The notes beneath the pieces were generated by a model. It saw nothing but the letters and a program-made list of their open reading frames with translations, had not been told where the DNA came from and made no database searches. Positions 39,283 through 49,065 of a stretch of DNA of 64,000 nucleotides are shown piece by piece; positions within the stretch are counted from its first letter, which is position 1; each line of letters opens with the position of its first letter. Location: the NCBI GenBank assembly GCA_965248695.1, contig CBDFKD010000002.1:3264001-3328000 (forward strand), in the 5' to 3' direction. Position numbers and translations under genes: made by a program. The stretch comes from Acidobacteriota bacterium (GTDB taxonomy: Bacteria > Acidobacteriota > UBA890 > WLXD01).

Positions 39283-39666
39283 ATGGCAGACAGCAAGCTG
39301 CTCGGATGCTTGGGCGTCGTGATCGGTCTCGCGGCGTCGGTGGTCCTTGGATGGATGACCCTCGAGCTTCTGCTGTCGTTGTTCGGCGCAAGCGGCCCGG
39401 TGGCAGCGTTGACCGATCCGGTATTCCAGCACGAGCTCGGCGAGCTACTGGTTGTCGGCATGGCAATCATCAGCGTCTACGTGCTGGTGTTCCGGGAGTC
39501 GATGATTCCGAGCTTCGTAAACTGGGCGCGCTACCCATTCTGGCTCGGAGCGACGCTGAACCTCGTTGCGTGGATGCGGCTGGCCGGCGGCACGCGATGG
39601 TCGGTGTGGATGCTGCTGCTGTTCGCCATCGGAATCTGCACCCCGTGGGTCCTGTCGCGCAGATAG
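39283..39666 (+). CDS. Small multi-pass membrane protein
   Basis: RBS AGGAGG; about four hydrophobic segments. Confidence 0.65.
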   Translation: MADSKLLGCLGVVIGLAASVVLGWMTLELLLSLFGASGPVAALTDPVFQHELGELLVVGMAIISVYVLVFRESMIPSFVNWARYPFWLGATLNLVAWMRLAGGTRWSVWMLLLFAIGICTPWVLSRR

Positions 39667-39726
39667 ACTCTGCGTTTTCAGATTCGCCGACTCCCCCACC
39701 ATCCGATCTGATGACCAGGAGCGCTC

Positions 39727-42700
39727 TTGTCGACGCCCGTACGCTGCCCGCGATTCGACACCGATCAGGCATCGGATCTCGCGCGCCACTACTTCGGCCT
39801 CGAGGCGACAGCTTCCGAGCTGAGTAGCGAGCGTGATCAGAACTTCTTGCTGCGCAGCGAGGAGGGCAACCGCCACGTATTGAAGCTGTTCAACGCGCTC
39901 GAGCAGAGCGACGTGCTCGATCTTCAGACCGCCATCCTTCGTCGCCTCGCAGCCCATCCGTGCGAATATCGCTTCCCCGAGCTCGTACCTGGCGCCGATG
40001 GCCGTGATCTGATCGAGGTCGAGGCCAATGGGAAGACCTACCCGGCGTGGCTTCTGACCTGGGTCGACGGCGTGCTGATGGCCAGCGCCCGTCCGCGGTC
40101 GCGCCGGCTCGCCCGCGAGCTCGGAGACTTGCTCGGTCACGTTACCTCGGCGCTCGACGGCCTCGAGCACGCGGCCGCCGACCGCAGCCTGAAATGGAAC
40201 TTTATGCACGCTCGGCACGCCTTCGAGGTCGGACTGCCGCTGCTGCGCGATGACGACACCCGCCAACGCGTTGAACGGCTCAGCTCACGCTTCCAGGAAC
40301 ATGTCGATCCGGTGCTCCCCGGGCTGCGATCGAGCGTGATCCACAACGACGGCAACGATCGCAACATCATTGTCGGCCCGCTTCGGGGGAACGCCGCATG
40401 GCCCCAACGACACGTCGTCGGCCTCATCGATGTCGGCGACGCCCTGCAAGGTCCCACCGTTGGAGAGCTGGCGGTCGGGCTGGCGTACGCAATGCTCGAC
40501 CGCGACGACCCGATGGAGATCGCGCGCGACGTCGTCGGCGCCTATCACCAGGTGTTTCCACTGCTCGAGGCCGAAGTCGACGTGCTGTTCGATCTGGTGC
40601 TCATGCGACTGAGCCTGAGCGTCTGCAACGCTGCAGAGCAGCACGCAGCGGACCCCGACAACGACTATCTCCAGGTCAGCCAGCGCGCCGTCCTGGCGGC
40701 GCTGTCGCAACTCGAGACGATCGATCGCGGGTTGGCAACCTGTCACCTCCGTCACGCCTGCGGCTGGGAACCGAGCGCGGCCGGAGCCGAGCTCCGACGG
40801 TGGCTCCGGGCAAGGCCAGGCAGCTTTGCCGCCGTGGTCGCACCCGGATCCGAGCCGGCGGCGATCGAGGTGCTGGACCTGAGCGTCGGTAGCACCGACA
40901 TGGGCGGCGGCGCGCCGGGCATGTTCGAGGCCGCAGCATTGACCCACCGGCTCTGCGCCGTGCTCCGGAATGCCGGTGCCACGCTGGGTGTTGGCAGCTA
41001 CGACGAGACCAGATGCTGGTATGGTGGCGGGCTGTTCGCTGCGCCCGGCAACGAGGCGCCGCGCCGACGCACGGTGCACCTCGGCATTGATCTTTTCGCC
41101 GCACCGGGGGCGCCCATCCACGCGCCACTCGCCGGCACCGTCGCCAGCGCCACGATCAATCCGGGACGACTCGACTACGGACCGACCATCGTGCTGCTGC
41201 ATGAGCCCGAGGACGGACGCCCGTTCCACACGTTGTACGGACATCTTTCGCCGGATTCGCTGATCGGGCTCGAAACCGGCTCCACGGTCGAGAAGGGAGC
41301 CCGGATCGGGGCAATCGGTAACTTCCCGGACAACGGCGACTGGCCGCCACACCTGCACTTTCAGGTCATCGCCGACCCGGTAGGGCTCGAGGGCGACTTC
41401 CCCGGCGTGTCGACGCCCGCCGAGCGCGACATCTTCAAGAGCTTGTCGCCGGACCCCGACCTGATTCTGGGCCTGCTGGAACAACCCGAGTTGTCTCAAC
41501 CCGCCCACACGGAGTTGCTGGCACGGCGGAAAACGCATCTCGGTCCGTCGCTCAGCATCGCCTACCGCCGGCCGTTGACCATGGTGCGCGGCGCCGGACA
41601 GTTCCTCTACGACATCGACGGTCAGCCGTTTCTCGACGCGGTCAACAACGTGCCGCATGTCGGCCACGCGCACCCTCGCGTGGTCGCCGCCGCCAGGCGT
41701 CAGGACGCCGTCCTCAACACGAACACGCGCTACTTGCACGACAACGTCGTCCGCTACGCTGAGCGTCTGACGGCAACCCTCCCGGACCCGCTGGAGGTTT
41801 ACTTCTTCGTCTGCTCCGGGAGTGAGGCCAACGAGCTGGCGATTCGCATGGCGCGCGCTCACACCGGCCAGCGCGATGTGGTCACGCTGGATGGCGCCTA
41901 CCACGGCAACACGTCGTCGCTGGTCGACCTGAGCCCGTACAAGCACGCCGGACCGGGTGGCTCGGGCCCACCGCCGTGGGTGCACGTCGCCTGCATGCCG
42001 GACCCCTATCGCGGGCCGCACGCCGGGGACGAGGACGGCGCCGTTCGGTACGCCGAAGACGTCGCTCGGTGCTGCGAACGGGCCGCCGGGTTGGCGGCGT
42101 TCATCGCCGAGCCACTGCTCGGCTGCGGCGGCCAGATCGTGCCGCCTGAAGGCTATCTGGCTCTGGCGTTCGACCACGTCCGCTCCGCTGGCGGCGTCTG
42201 TATCGCCGATGAGGTGCAGATCGGGTTCGGCCGCGCCGGCAGCCACTTCTGGGCGTTCGACGCCATGGGCGCGGTGCCCGATATCGTCACCCTCGGCAAG
42301 CCCATCGGCAACGGCTATCCGCTCGCCGCGGTGGTCGCCACGCGCGCCGTCGCCGACTCGTTTTCCAACGGCATGGAGTACTTCAACACCTTCGGCGGCA
42401 ACCCGGTCGCTTGTGCCGTGGGCACCGCGGTGCTGGACGTGATCGAGGAAGAGGATCTGCAGTCCAACGCCCATGTCGTCGGCGCTCGTCTGCTTGCCGG
42501 GCTGCGCGAGCTGCTACCGCGTCACGACCTGATCGGCGACGTCCGTGGCCTCGGATTGTACGTCGGCATCGAGCTGGTCCTCGATCGCGTGACGCTCGAG
42601 CCGGCCGCGAACGAAGCTTCGTACGCGATCAATCGTATGCGTGACCACGGCATCCTGATGAGCACCGACGGACCCCTCCAGAACGTCCTCAAGATCAAGC

Positions 42701-42795
42701 CACCGATGTGCTTCTCGGCGGCGGATGCCGACCGGCTGGTAGAGACGCTCGATCGGATCCTCGGGGAGGATGCGCTGACCGCGGCCTGCCGCTAG
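39727..42795 (+). CDS. Fusion: APH-family phosphotransferase + M23-like domain + class III PLP aminotransferase (hydroxylysine kinase/phospho-lyase-like)
   Basis: [21 protein letters not shown]; HLGIDLF...LYGHLS...WPPHLHFQ; [39 protein letters not shown]. Confidence 0.92.
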   Translation: MSTPVRCPRFDTDQASDLARHYFGLEATASELSSERDQNFLLRSEEGNRHVLKLFNALEQSDVLDLQTAILRRLAAHPCEYRFPELVPGADGRDLIEVEANGKTYPAWLLTWVDGVLMASARPRSRRLARELGDLLGHVTSALDGLEHAAADRSLKWNFMHARHAFEVGLPLLRDDDTRQRVERLSSRFQEHVDPVLPGLRSSVIHNDGNDRNIIVGPLRGNAAWPQRHVVGLIDVGDALQGPTVGELAVGLAYAMLDRDDPMEIARDVVGAYHQVFPLLEAEVDVLFDLVLMRLSLSVCNAAEQHAADPDNDYLQVSQRAVLAALSQLETIDRGLATCHLRHACGWEPSAAGAELRRWLRARPGSFAAVVAPGSEPAAIEVLDLSVGSTDMGGGAPGMFEAAALTHRLCAVLRNAGATLGVGSYDETRCWYGGGLFAAPGNEAPRRRTVHLGIDLFAAPGAPIHAPLAGTVASATINPGRLDYGPTIVLLHEPEDGRPFHTLYGHLSPDSLIGLETGSTVEKGARIGAIGNFPDNGDWPPHLHFQVIADPVGLEGDFPGVSTPAERDIFKSLSPDPDLILGLLEQPELSQPAHTELLARRKTHLGPSLSIAYRRPLTMVRGAGQFLYDIDGQPFLDAVNNVPHVGHAHPRVVAAARRQDAVLNTNTRYLHDNVVRYAERLTATLPDPLEVYFFVCSGSEANELAIRMARAHTGQRDVVTLDGAYHGNTSSLVDLSPYKHAGPGGSGPPPWVHVACMPDPYRGPHAGDEDGAVRYAEDVARCCERAAGLAAFIAEPLLGCGGQIVPPEGYLALAFDHVRSAGGVCIADEVQIGFGRAGSHFWAFDAMGAVPDIVTLGKPIGNGYPLAAVVATRAVADSFSNGMEYFNTFGGNPVACAVGTAVLDVIEEEDLQSNAHVVGARLLAGLRELLPRHDLIGDVRGLGLYVGIELVLDRVTLEPAANEASYAINRMRDHGILMSTDGPLQNVLKIKPPMCFSAADADRLVETLDRILGEDALTAACR

Positions 42796-42867
42796 CCCGG
42801 CGATACGCGGTGACCGACAATACGAACGTCGCGCTCGTATCGCTCTTGAATCAACCTGGAGACACCT

Positions 42868-43638
42868 GTGACCGATCAGGGACGCTTCATCTGGCACGAG
42901 CTCATGTCCACCGATCCCGCCGGGTCGATCGACTTCTACACCAAGCTCGTCGGGTGGCGCCACCACCGATATCCGGGCGACATGAACTACGACCTGTTCA
43001 TGCTCGGGGAGCACCCGGTGGCCGGCTGTATGCAGCTTCCCGAAGAGGCTCGGGAGCAGGGTGCACCAACGCACTGGCTCGGCTACATCCACGCCGTCGA
43101 CATTGCCGCCACGGTCATCCAGGCACGAGAGCTGGGCGCCAGTATCCTGCACGAGTCGGAGCTACCGGAGATCGGGACGTTCGCCGTCCTCATGGACCCG
43201 CAGGGCGCCGTGGTGACCTTCTACCAGCCGCTGAGCGCGCCGCAGCCCGGCGGCGATGCCGAGACCGGCGAGTTCGCCTGGAACGAGCTCGCGACCACCG
43301 ACCTGGATGCCGCCTGGAGCTTCTACTCGGCGCTGTTCGGCTGGCAGATCGGCAGCGACATGGACTTGGGCGAGGGGCTCGGCACGTATCGCATCTTCAG
43401 CGTCGACGGGCGAAACATCGGTGGAATTTGGAAGAAACCCGAGCAGATGCCGGTGTCCGCGTGGCTCTACTACGCCGAGGTCGACAGCTGCGAGAGCGCG
43501 GCCACTCGAATCGGCGAGCTCGGTGGAACGGTCATCAACGGGCCGATGGAGGTTCCTGGCGGCGACACGATCGTGCAGGCGACCGACCCGCAGGGCGGCT
43601 TCTTCGCGCTCCACGCTAGGTCGGCAGCGGCGGGTTAG
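42868..43638 (+). CDS. VOC (glyoxalase/bleomycin resistance) family, two-domain
   Basis: FIWHELMSTD and FAWNELATTD repeats, DPQG twice. Confidence 0.92.
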   Translation: MTDQGRFIWHELMSTDPAGSIDFYTKLVGWRHHRYPGDMNYDLFMLGEHPVAGCMQLPEEAREQGAPTHWLGYIHAVDIAATVIQARELGASILHESELPEIGTFAVLMDPQGAVVTFYQPLSAPQPGGDAETGEFAWNELATTDLDAAWSFYSALFGWQIGSDMDLGEGLGTYRIFSVDGRNIGGIWKKPEQMPVSAWLYYAEVDSCESAATRIGELGGTVINGPMEVPGGDTIVQATDPQGGFFALHARSAAAG

Positions 43639-43731
43639 GGCCACGGCGACAGGACAAGACAACCGACGCCGACACTGGCCACTCGCAACGCAGTCATATC
43701 GCCGCACGCCGGCAAACGAGATACTGGTGGT

Positions 43732-45129
43732 ATGAGCTTCCCAGGGGTGGGGCACCGACGCCTCCAATGGACTGTCAACCTGGCGCTCGCCGCGCTGGCG
43801 GTGCTCGTGCCCGCCGCCGGCGGGGCAGGGGCCACCGCACCGCCGGCGATTGCTGCCACGATCTACCACATTCAGATCGTCACCGACCTCGAGTCGCTGC
43901 CGGCCGAATACTGGCACTCTGCGTATGCCAGCGACACGAACCCACTCATCGAGAGCCGCGCCGAGCCAACGGCCGGCCAGCTGGCCAGGCTGCGCACGGC
44001 GATCGATCGATTGCCGCCGCTCCTGCGCGGGTCGATCTCGAAGATCTCCATCGCCAGCTATGCTGGCGGCGGCGCGGCCGGTGACAGCACCGTTGCCGGC
44101 GATACTTACGGCAACAACATCATCGTCAGCGCTACCCAGGTCGCGAGCCAGACGAATCTGAACAATGTCGTGGCGCACGAGGCGGTGCACTGTTTCCAGG
44201 GGCTCGTCGACCTGGCTCACAACACCGACACCGGCAACATTCCCGCCGACACGCTCACGAAGGTGAGCTCGGCACGGGGCAAGCTCCGCAACAGCACCAT
44301 CGCGCAGGTTCTCCGGCGCTTGCAGAACAGCGCCAAGATCGCCGATTCTGTGTACCGTGAGTACGCTGGTGACGCCTGGGCCTCGACATATAGCGGCGTG
44401 GGTGACGCCGTGACCTCGGGGTTCGCGGCACCTTACGGCTCCGAAGGCCCGCGCGAGGACCTGGCGGAGCTGGGTAGCATCTTCGTCGGTTCAGACTTCG
44501 CCAACCACGCCTACTGCTCGCAGTTCGAGGGCTACGACAAGGAGATTCCGGACCAGCGTGCCCTGGCGATCGCCAAGCTGAACCTGCTCCGCGCACTCGG
44601 CCTGATCGACGAGGGGCAATACGGACAGTGCGTGCGCAATGCGGATCCGGTGGACGCCCAACTCATATCCATGGGGTCGCGCGAGTTCGACGGCGACCTG
44701 GGCCATGGAACCCAGACCGTCCGGCACGAGGACCTGGATCACGACTGGCTGATGTGGCGGATCCACGGCGAGGCTGCGGACGCCAAGATCGAGATCCGCC
44801 TGCGCATGCGCCGTGCCGACGCGCCGTCGATCGGATCACCGATTGGATTCTATGCGCTCGACACCGTGGGTTCGTTCGGTATGGCCGCCGACACCCTTAC
44901 CCCGATCGCGGCGCAGAACGTGATCAACTTTCAGCGCAGCGATACATCCAATCCGACCGAGTTCGCCGCCTACGCGAGAATCTCCGGCGGCGGGTACGTG
45001 CTGATCACCGATTTCAGCGCCGACATGGTCAAGGGCTACGCGTTCAACGTGCCCTTCTATTCGATCATCGAGATCGAGGCGGATGCCACCGACCGGATGG
45101 ATCTGATCTGGTTCCTCTGGGAGCGATAG
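43732..45129 (+). CDS. Secreted putative zinc-binding metallopeptidase
   Basis: Signal peptide; VAHEAVH (HEXXH); GFAAPYGSEGPREDLAE third-ligand motif. Confidence 0.7.
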   Translation: MSFPGVGHRRLQWTVNLALAALAVLVPAAGGAGATAPPAIAATIYHIQIVTDLESLPAEYWHSAYASDTNPLIESRAEPTAGQLARLRTAIDRLPPLLRGSISKISIASYAGGGAAGDSTVAGDTYGNNIIVSATQVASQTNLNNVVAHEAVHCFQGLVDLAHNTDTGNIPADTLTKVSSARGKLRNSTIAQVLRRLQNSAKIADSVYREYAGDAWASTYSGVGDAVTSGFAAPYGSEGPREDLAELGSIFVGSDFANHAYCSQFEGYDKEIPDQRALAIAKLNLLRALGLIDEGQYGQCVRNADPVDAQLISMGSREFDGDLGHGTQTVRHEDLDHDWLMWRIHGEAADAKIEIRLRMRRADAPSIGSPIGFYALDTVGSFGMAADTLTPIAAQNVINFQRSDTSNPTEFAAYARISGGGYVLITDFSADMVKGYAFNVPFYSIIEIEADATDRMDLIWFLWER

Positions 45130-45138
45130 CGCCGGCCA

Positions 45139-45831
45139 TCATTGTTCGCCCAGCAAGCGGGGCAGGTGCTTCGAAGCTTCACGGATCGTGAGTCCGGACA
45201 GCTCGTCGCCGTAGCGGGTCAGGAAGTCCTGCACCGCGCGCGGATCCGTGTAGGCATACGTTCGGAGCGCCCAGCCGATCGCCTTACGAATGAAGAAGTC
45301 GGTTTCGTGGCGACACTCGGCACAATACCGGAACAGCCGTCGCACGTCGGTGGCCTCGCGGTGGCGCTCCTGACAGATGATGGCGGTGCGACGAATCCAC
45401 AGGTCGCCGTCGGAGATCCAGGCATCGATGGTCGGCCACATCACCTCCGGGCAATCGGCCACACAACCGCCCACGAGATGCGTGGCGACGCTGTCGACCA
45501 GATCCCACCAGGCGCCGTCGCGGATGAAGTGCTCGTAGGTCGGCAGCGCGGCGGGCACGATGAAGCGCTTGAAGCGGCGCGCCAGATCGATCGCCGCGTA
45601 CTTGCACTCGCGCTGCGGTTGGTCCCACAGCTCGCGCAGCGCCGCTTCGTACGATTCGAGATCGGTCACCGGATAGTCGCGCGCCGCCTGCGCCGTCACT
45701 GCCCTCCGCGGCTTCGTCTGAACCCCGAAGAATGGCATGTCGGTCTTCATGTAGGCCTGCATCTGGCGCGCCTTGGCGTCGTCGGCAAGAGCCGCCAGCT
45801 GCGCCAGCACGAACCGGGTGCGGGGGATCAC
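45139..45831 (-). CDS. alkD: DNA alkylation repair protein (AlkD-like HEAT-repeat glycosylase)
   Basis: MQAYMK, WWDLVD, LWIRRTAI, FFIRKAIGWALR, REASKHL. Confidence 0.92.
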   Translation of the reverse strand: MIPRTRFVLAQLAALADDAKARQMQAYMKTDMPFFGVQTKPRRAVTAQAARDYPVTDLESYEAALRELWDQPQRECKYAAIDLARRFKRFIVPAALPTYEHFIRDGAWWDLVDSVATHLVGGCVADCPEVMWPTIDAWISDGDLWIRRTAIICQERHREATDVRRLFRYCAECRHETDFFIRKAIGWALRTYAYTDPRAVQDFLTRYGDELSGLTIREASKHLPRLLGEQ

Positions 45832-45835
45832 GCCG

Positions 45836-46522
45836 CTATCCGTCCGTAGCCGGCGCCAACGCCTCGACGAACTGCTGGAATACGGCCCCGTCGCGAAGCA
45901 CCGGCCCGTGGCCGAAGCAAATTGTCTCCGGCCCGAGCACGGCGAGCTTGCGCAGCGAGGCGCGATTACGCTCGGGATCAGGGGTGAACATCGCCGGCGG
46001 CTCCCGCAACCGGCGCCGCAGCGTGAACGGATTCATCGCCAGCGCCGCGTCTCCGATCACCAGTAGACGATCCGTCGGGCGCCAGAACGACAGGTGGCCC
46101 GGCGTGTGCCCGGGCGTGTGCAATACAGTGAAGTCACCCAACCGCTCACCCTCCTCCAGGGTCCGGTCGACCGGATGGCCGGGGCCGCCGGCAAGCCTCG
46201 TTTGCACCCGACCCATGCGCCCTTCCGGGTCCGGATACAGGAGCTGCAACTCGCCGGACTCAGCCACCGCCCGATCTCCGGTACCGCACCAGAGCGGTAT
46301 GTTCAGTCGCCCGCAGATCTTGTGACTGCTCCCCTGATGGTCAGGATGAGCATGGGTCAGCGCGTGGGCGCGTACTTGGCGTCTCTCGAGCGCACCCAGA
46401 ATTCTGCCGGCTGACCAGCGGACACCGGCATCGACGAGAACGTCGTCGAGCAGATAGCAATTCAGACTCGACAGCGGCGCCAGTGGTACGCGGATCACGC
46501 CCTCCGCCACCCGCTCGATCAT
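45836..46522 (-). CDS. MBL-fold metallo-hydrolase
   Basis: THAHPDHQG, HTPGHTPGH, GDA, FGHG. Confidence 0.92.
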   Translation of the reverse strand: MIERVAEGVIRVPLAPLSSLNCYLLDDVLVDAGVRWSAGRILGALERRQVRAHALTHAHPDHQGSSHKICGRLNIPLWCGTGDRAVAESGELQLLYPDPEGRMGRVQTRLAGGPGHPVDRTLEEGERLGDFTVLHTPGHTPGHLSFWRPTDRLLVIGDAALAMNPFTLRRRLREPPAMFTPDPERNRASLRKLAVLGPETICFGHGPVLRDGAVFQQFVEALAPATDG

Positions 46523-46580
46523 TGGCTGGCGATCAGGCGGCCTGGCGCGAGGGCCCATGTGTGTCGGCACGACATACGGC

Positions 46581-47333
46581 TCACAGTGCCGTCAACAGCT
46601 CGACGCCGTCACGGGTCACCACCACCGTGTGCTCGTATTGCGCCGCCAGGCTGCCGTCGTTGGTCCGCAGCGTCCATCCGTCGTCGCTCTCGAGCGCTCG
46701 GTCGGCCGACGTCGACAGGAAGGGCTCGATGGTGAGTACGAGGCCGTCGCTGAACCGGCGCCGATCGCGCGGATCGTAATAGTTGAGCAGCGTCCGCGGG
46801 TCCTCGTGCAGGCTGCGCCCGACCCCGTGTCCACAGAGATTGCGGATCACGCGGAAGCCGCGCCGACGGGCCACCTTCTCGACCGCGCGGCCGACGCCGT
46901 TGACGAGCTTGCCGGGACGCACGACGCTGAGAGCCGCGCTTAACGCCTCCTGCGCCGCGTCACAGAGCTCCTGCGCCTCGGGAGCGACAGCGCCTACCGG
47001 AAACGAAGCGCCGGCGTCGGCATAGTAGCCGTCGAGCTCGGCCGACACGTCGATGTTGACCAGATCGCCATCGCGCACCTCGCGATCGCCTGGGATGCCA
47101 TGCGCCGCCTCGTCGTTGACGCTGATGCAGGTGGCCGCTGGAAAACCGTATGCCAACTCGGGGGCGGATCGGGCGCCAGCCGCGGCCAACTCGGCGCGCC
47201 CAAGATCATCGAGCTCGCGCGTGGTGATTCCGGCGCGCAGCTGACGGCGCTGCGCTTCGATGGTGAGCGCAACGGCGCGCCCGACAGCCCGCATGCCGTC
47301 CAGATCGACGCCAACCGGCAGCTTCACGACCAT
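46581..47333 (-). CDS. map: Type I methionyl aminopeptidase
   Basis: CISVNDEAAHGIP, GDLVNIDVS, YYAD, GHGVGRSLHEDP, TIEPF, AQYEHT. Confidence 0.95.
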   Translation of the reverse strand: MVVKLPVGVDLDGMRAVGRAVALTIEAQRRQLRAGITTRELDDLGRAELAAAGARSAPELAYGFPAATCISVNDEAAHGIPGDREVRDGDLVNIDVSAELDGYYADAGASFPVGAVAPEAQELCDAAQEALSAALSVVRPGKLVNGVGRAVEKVARRRGFRVIRNLCGHGVGRSLHEDPRTLLNYYDPRDRRRFSDGLVLTIEPFLSTSADRALESDDGWTLRTNDGSLAAQYEHTVVVTRDGVELLTAL

Positions 47334-47385
47334 TCGAACCGCCTCCTGCTGCGACAGCGGACGCGCTCCTCCGACCCGCTTCTCA

Positions 47386-49065
47386 CTAGCGCTCCGGTAT
47401 CTCCTCGCCGAGCAGCTCGGCACGTATGAGCGCCGGCGGGATGCCGCCGGCAGACAGAAACGCATCGTACAGCGCCGACGGCGGGTTCGGCGGCCCGTTG
47501 GCGGCCACCCAATCGTCACGCAGCCGCTCGATCTCCTGCATGCCGATCAGGTATCCGAGCACGTACGTCGGCCGACGCGGATACATGCTCACTTCGAGCT
47601 CGGCGGCGCTGCGCTCGAAGCGCACCCGATCCACGAGGAAGCTCACCGCTTCCTGAACGCCCATGCGTCCGGTATGCAGGCTGACGTCGAGGATGACGCG
47701 CGCTGCGCGCCACAAACGGTTCCGCAGGATAGTGAGCTCGACGTCGTCTCCGCTGAGGAAACCGAGCTCGAACATGAGCTTCTCGGTGAACAGCCCCCAC
47801 CCTTCGATCGTTATGGGCTCACCCACCTCGCGCCGCAGAATCCGACCGTTCTCCCGGGCCTTCAACGCGTGTACGTGATGGCCTGGATAGGCCTCGTGGA
47901 CGGCGATGATCGGCGTCCAGGCGTGATGATGCGAGCGCGAACGCTCGAGGCGCTGCTCGGCCGGCAGCCCCGCATCGATCGGCGTCAACACCAGCCGCCC
48001 TTCGAGGTCCTCGCCATACGACCGTACAGTCTGGAACGTTCCGAACGGCGAAGACCTGCGCATGGCCGGCGGGGTGTCCACGGTGATCACGCGCTCGCCG
48101 TCGGGCAACGTGACCGCGCGCTGCTCGAGAACAAACGCCCTGGCGGCGTCCATGTGTGATTGGTACGCCTCCTTGATGGCGTCGAAGGGCGGATGGTCGT
48201 CCTTGATCGCTTCGTAGACATCGATCCAGTGGGCACCGGGCGTGATGCGCTCGGCGACCTCCTGAGCCCGGGCTTCCGTTTCCTCGAATGCCCGTTCGCC
48301 GCGCGCCAGGATCGCGTCGGCATCGTCAGCGAGCAGCCAGCGACGCTGCACAAGGAAGTCGTAGTGCTCTTTGCCGATCGCCCAGTTACCGTCGGAGCGA
48401 CGCAGCACATCGTCGCGCAGATACGTCTCGAAGGTGTCCAAGGCATCGATGGCGTTCTGCAATACCGGCGCCAGCGCGCCCGAACCGTCGAGTGCGGCGA
48501 TTCCCGCGCCCCGCTCACGAAGGGCCGTGACAGTCGCCGAAACCTCGAAGAGCGCCGCCTCGGTAAATCTGCGCGGCGGCCGGCGCAGGTTGACCCGCGC
48601 CGCTTCGACGGCTGCCGGCAGAGCCTCCAATCGCAGTAAGAGGCCTTCGAGGCCACCGTCGAGGTCCTTCGGGTCGGACTCGGCGCCATCCAGCGCCCGC
48701 GCAATCGAGCCCGCCTGAACGTAGATCGTCGGGTCCGTCTCCCAGGCGCGCCGGGCCTCGGCGTCATAGATCGCCGCCTCCAGAGCCCCGACGGCGTAGG
48801 CGCGATCGATCCGCTGTGGACGCGACAGCGCCGCAACATCGATGGCGCGCAGCCGTTCCAGCACCATTCGCTGCGCGGCGATGCGAGCGACGAAGCCGGC
48901 GGCGCGCAGATCCCGCGGCGTCAGAGAGTCCGTGCCGCGCAGCTCGAGGTAGTCCTCGAGGAGGATCTCCAGTCGCTCACCGTCTTGGAGCATCGGCGCG
49001 CCACAGGCGCTGCAGAGGACGACTGCGAGCGCAATCGCAGTGAGCCTACCTCCGCCCACCACCAC
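47386..49065 (-). CDS. DUF885 family lipoprotein (putative metallopeptidase)
   Basis: LCSAC lipobox; HEAYPGHH, EGWGLFTE, LWRAARVILDVSLH, GYLIG. Confidence 0.9.
   Translation of the reverse strand: MVVGGGRLTAIALAVVLCSACGAPMLQDGERLEILLEDYLELRGTDSLTPRDLRAAGFVARIAAQRMVLERLRAIDVAALSRPQRIDRAYAVGALEAAIYDAEARRAWETDPTIYVQAGSIARALDGAESDPKDLDGGLEGLLLRLEALPAAVEAARVNLRRPPRRFTEAALFEVSATVTALRERGAGIAALDGSGALAPVLQNAIDALDTFETYLRDDVLRRSDGNWAIGKEHYDFLVQRRWLLADDADAILARGERAFEETEARAQEVAERITPGAHWIDVYEAIKDDHPPFDAIKEAYQSHMDAARAFVLEQRAVTLPDGERVITVDTPPAMRRSSPFGTFQTVRSYGEDLEGRLVLTPIDAGLPAEQRLERSRSHHHAWTPIIAVHEAYPGHHVHALKARENGRILRREVGEPITIEGWGLFTEKLMFELGFLSGDDVELTILRNRLWRAARVILDVSLHTGRMGVQEAVSFLVDRVRFERSAAELEVSMYPRRPTYVLGYLIGMQEIERLRDDWVAANGPPNPPSALYDAFLSAGGIPPALIRAELLGEEIPER

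Noticed and set aside
40285-42474. 729-aa minus-strand ORF (also 29453-31258, 24861-26363, 37534-39108, 7232-8590 and similar)
   Set aside because: Antisense or off-frame shadows of well-supported genes; expected in high-GC DNA and lacking any motifs.
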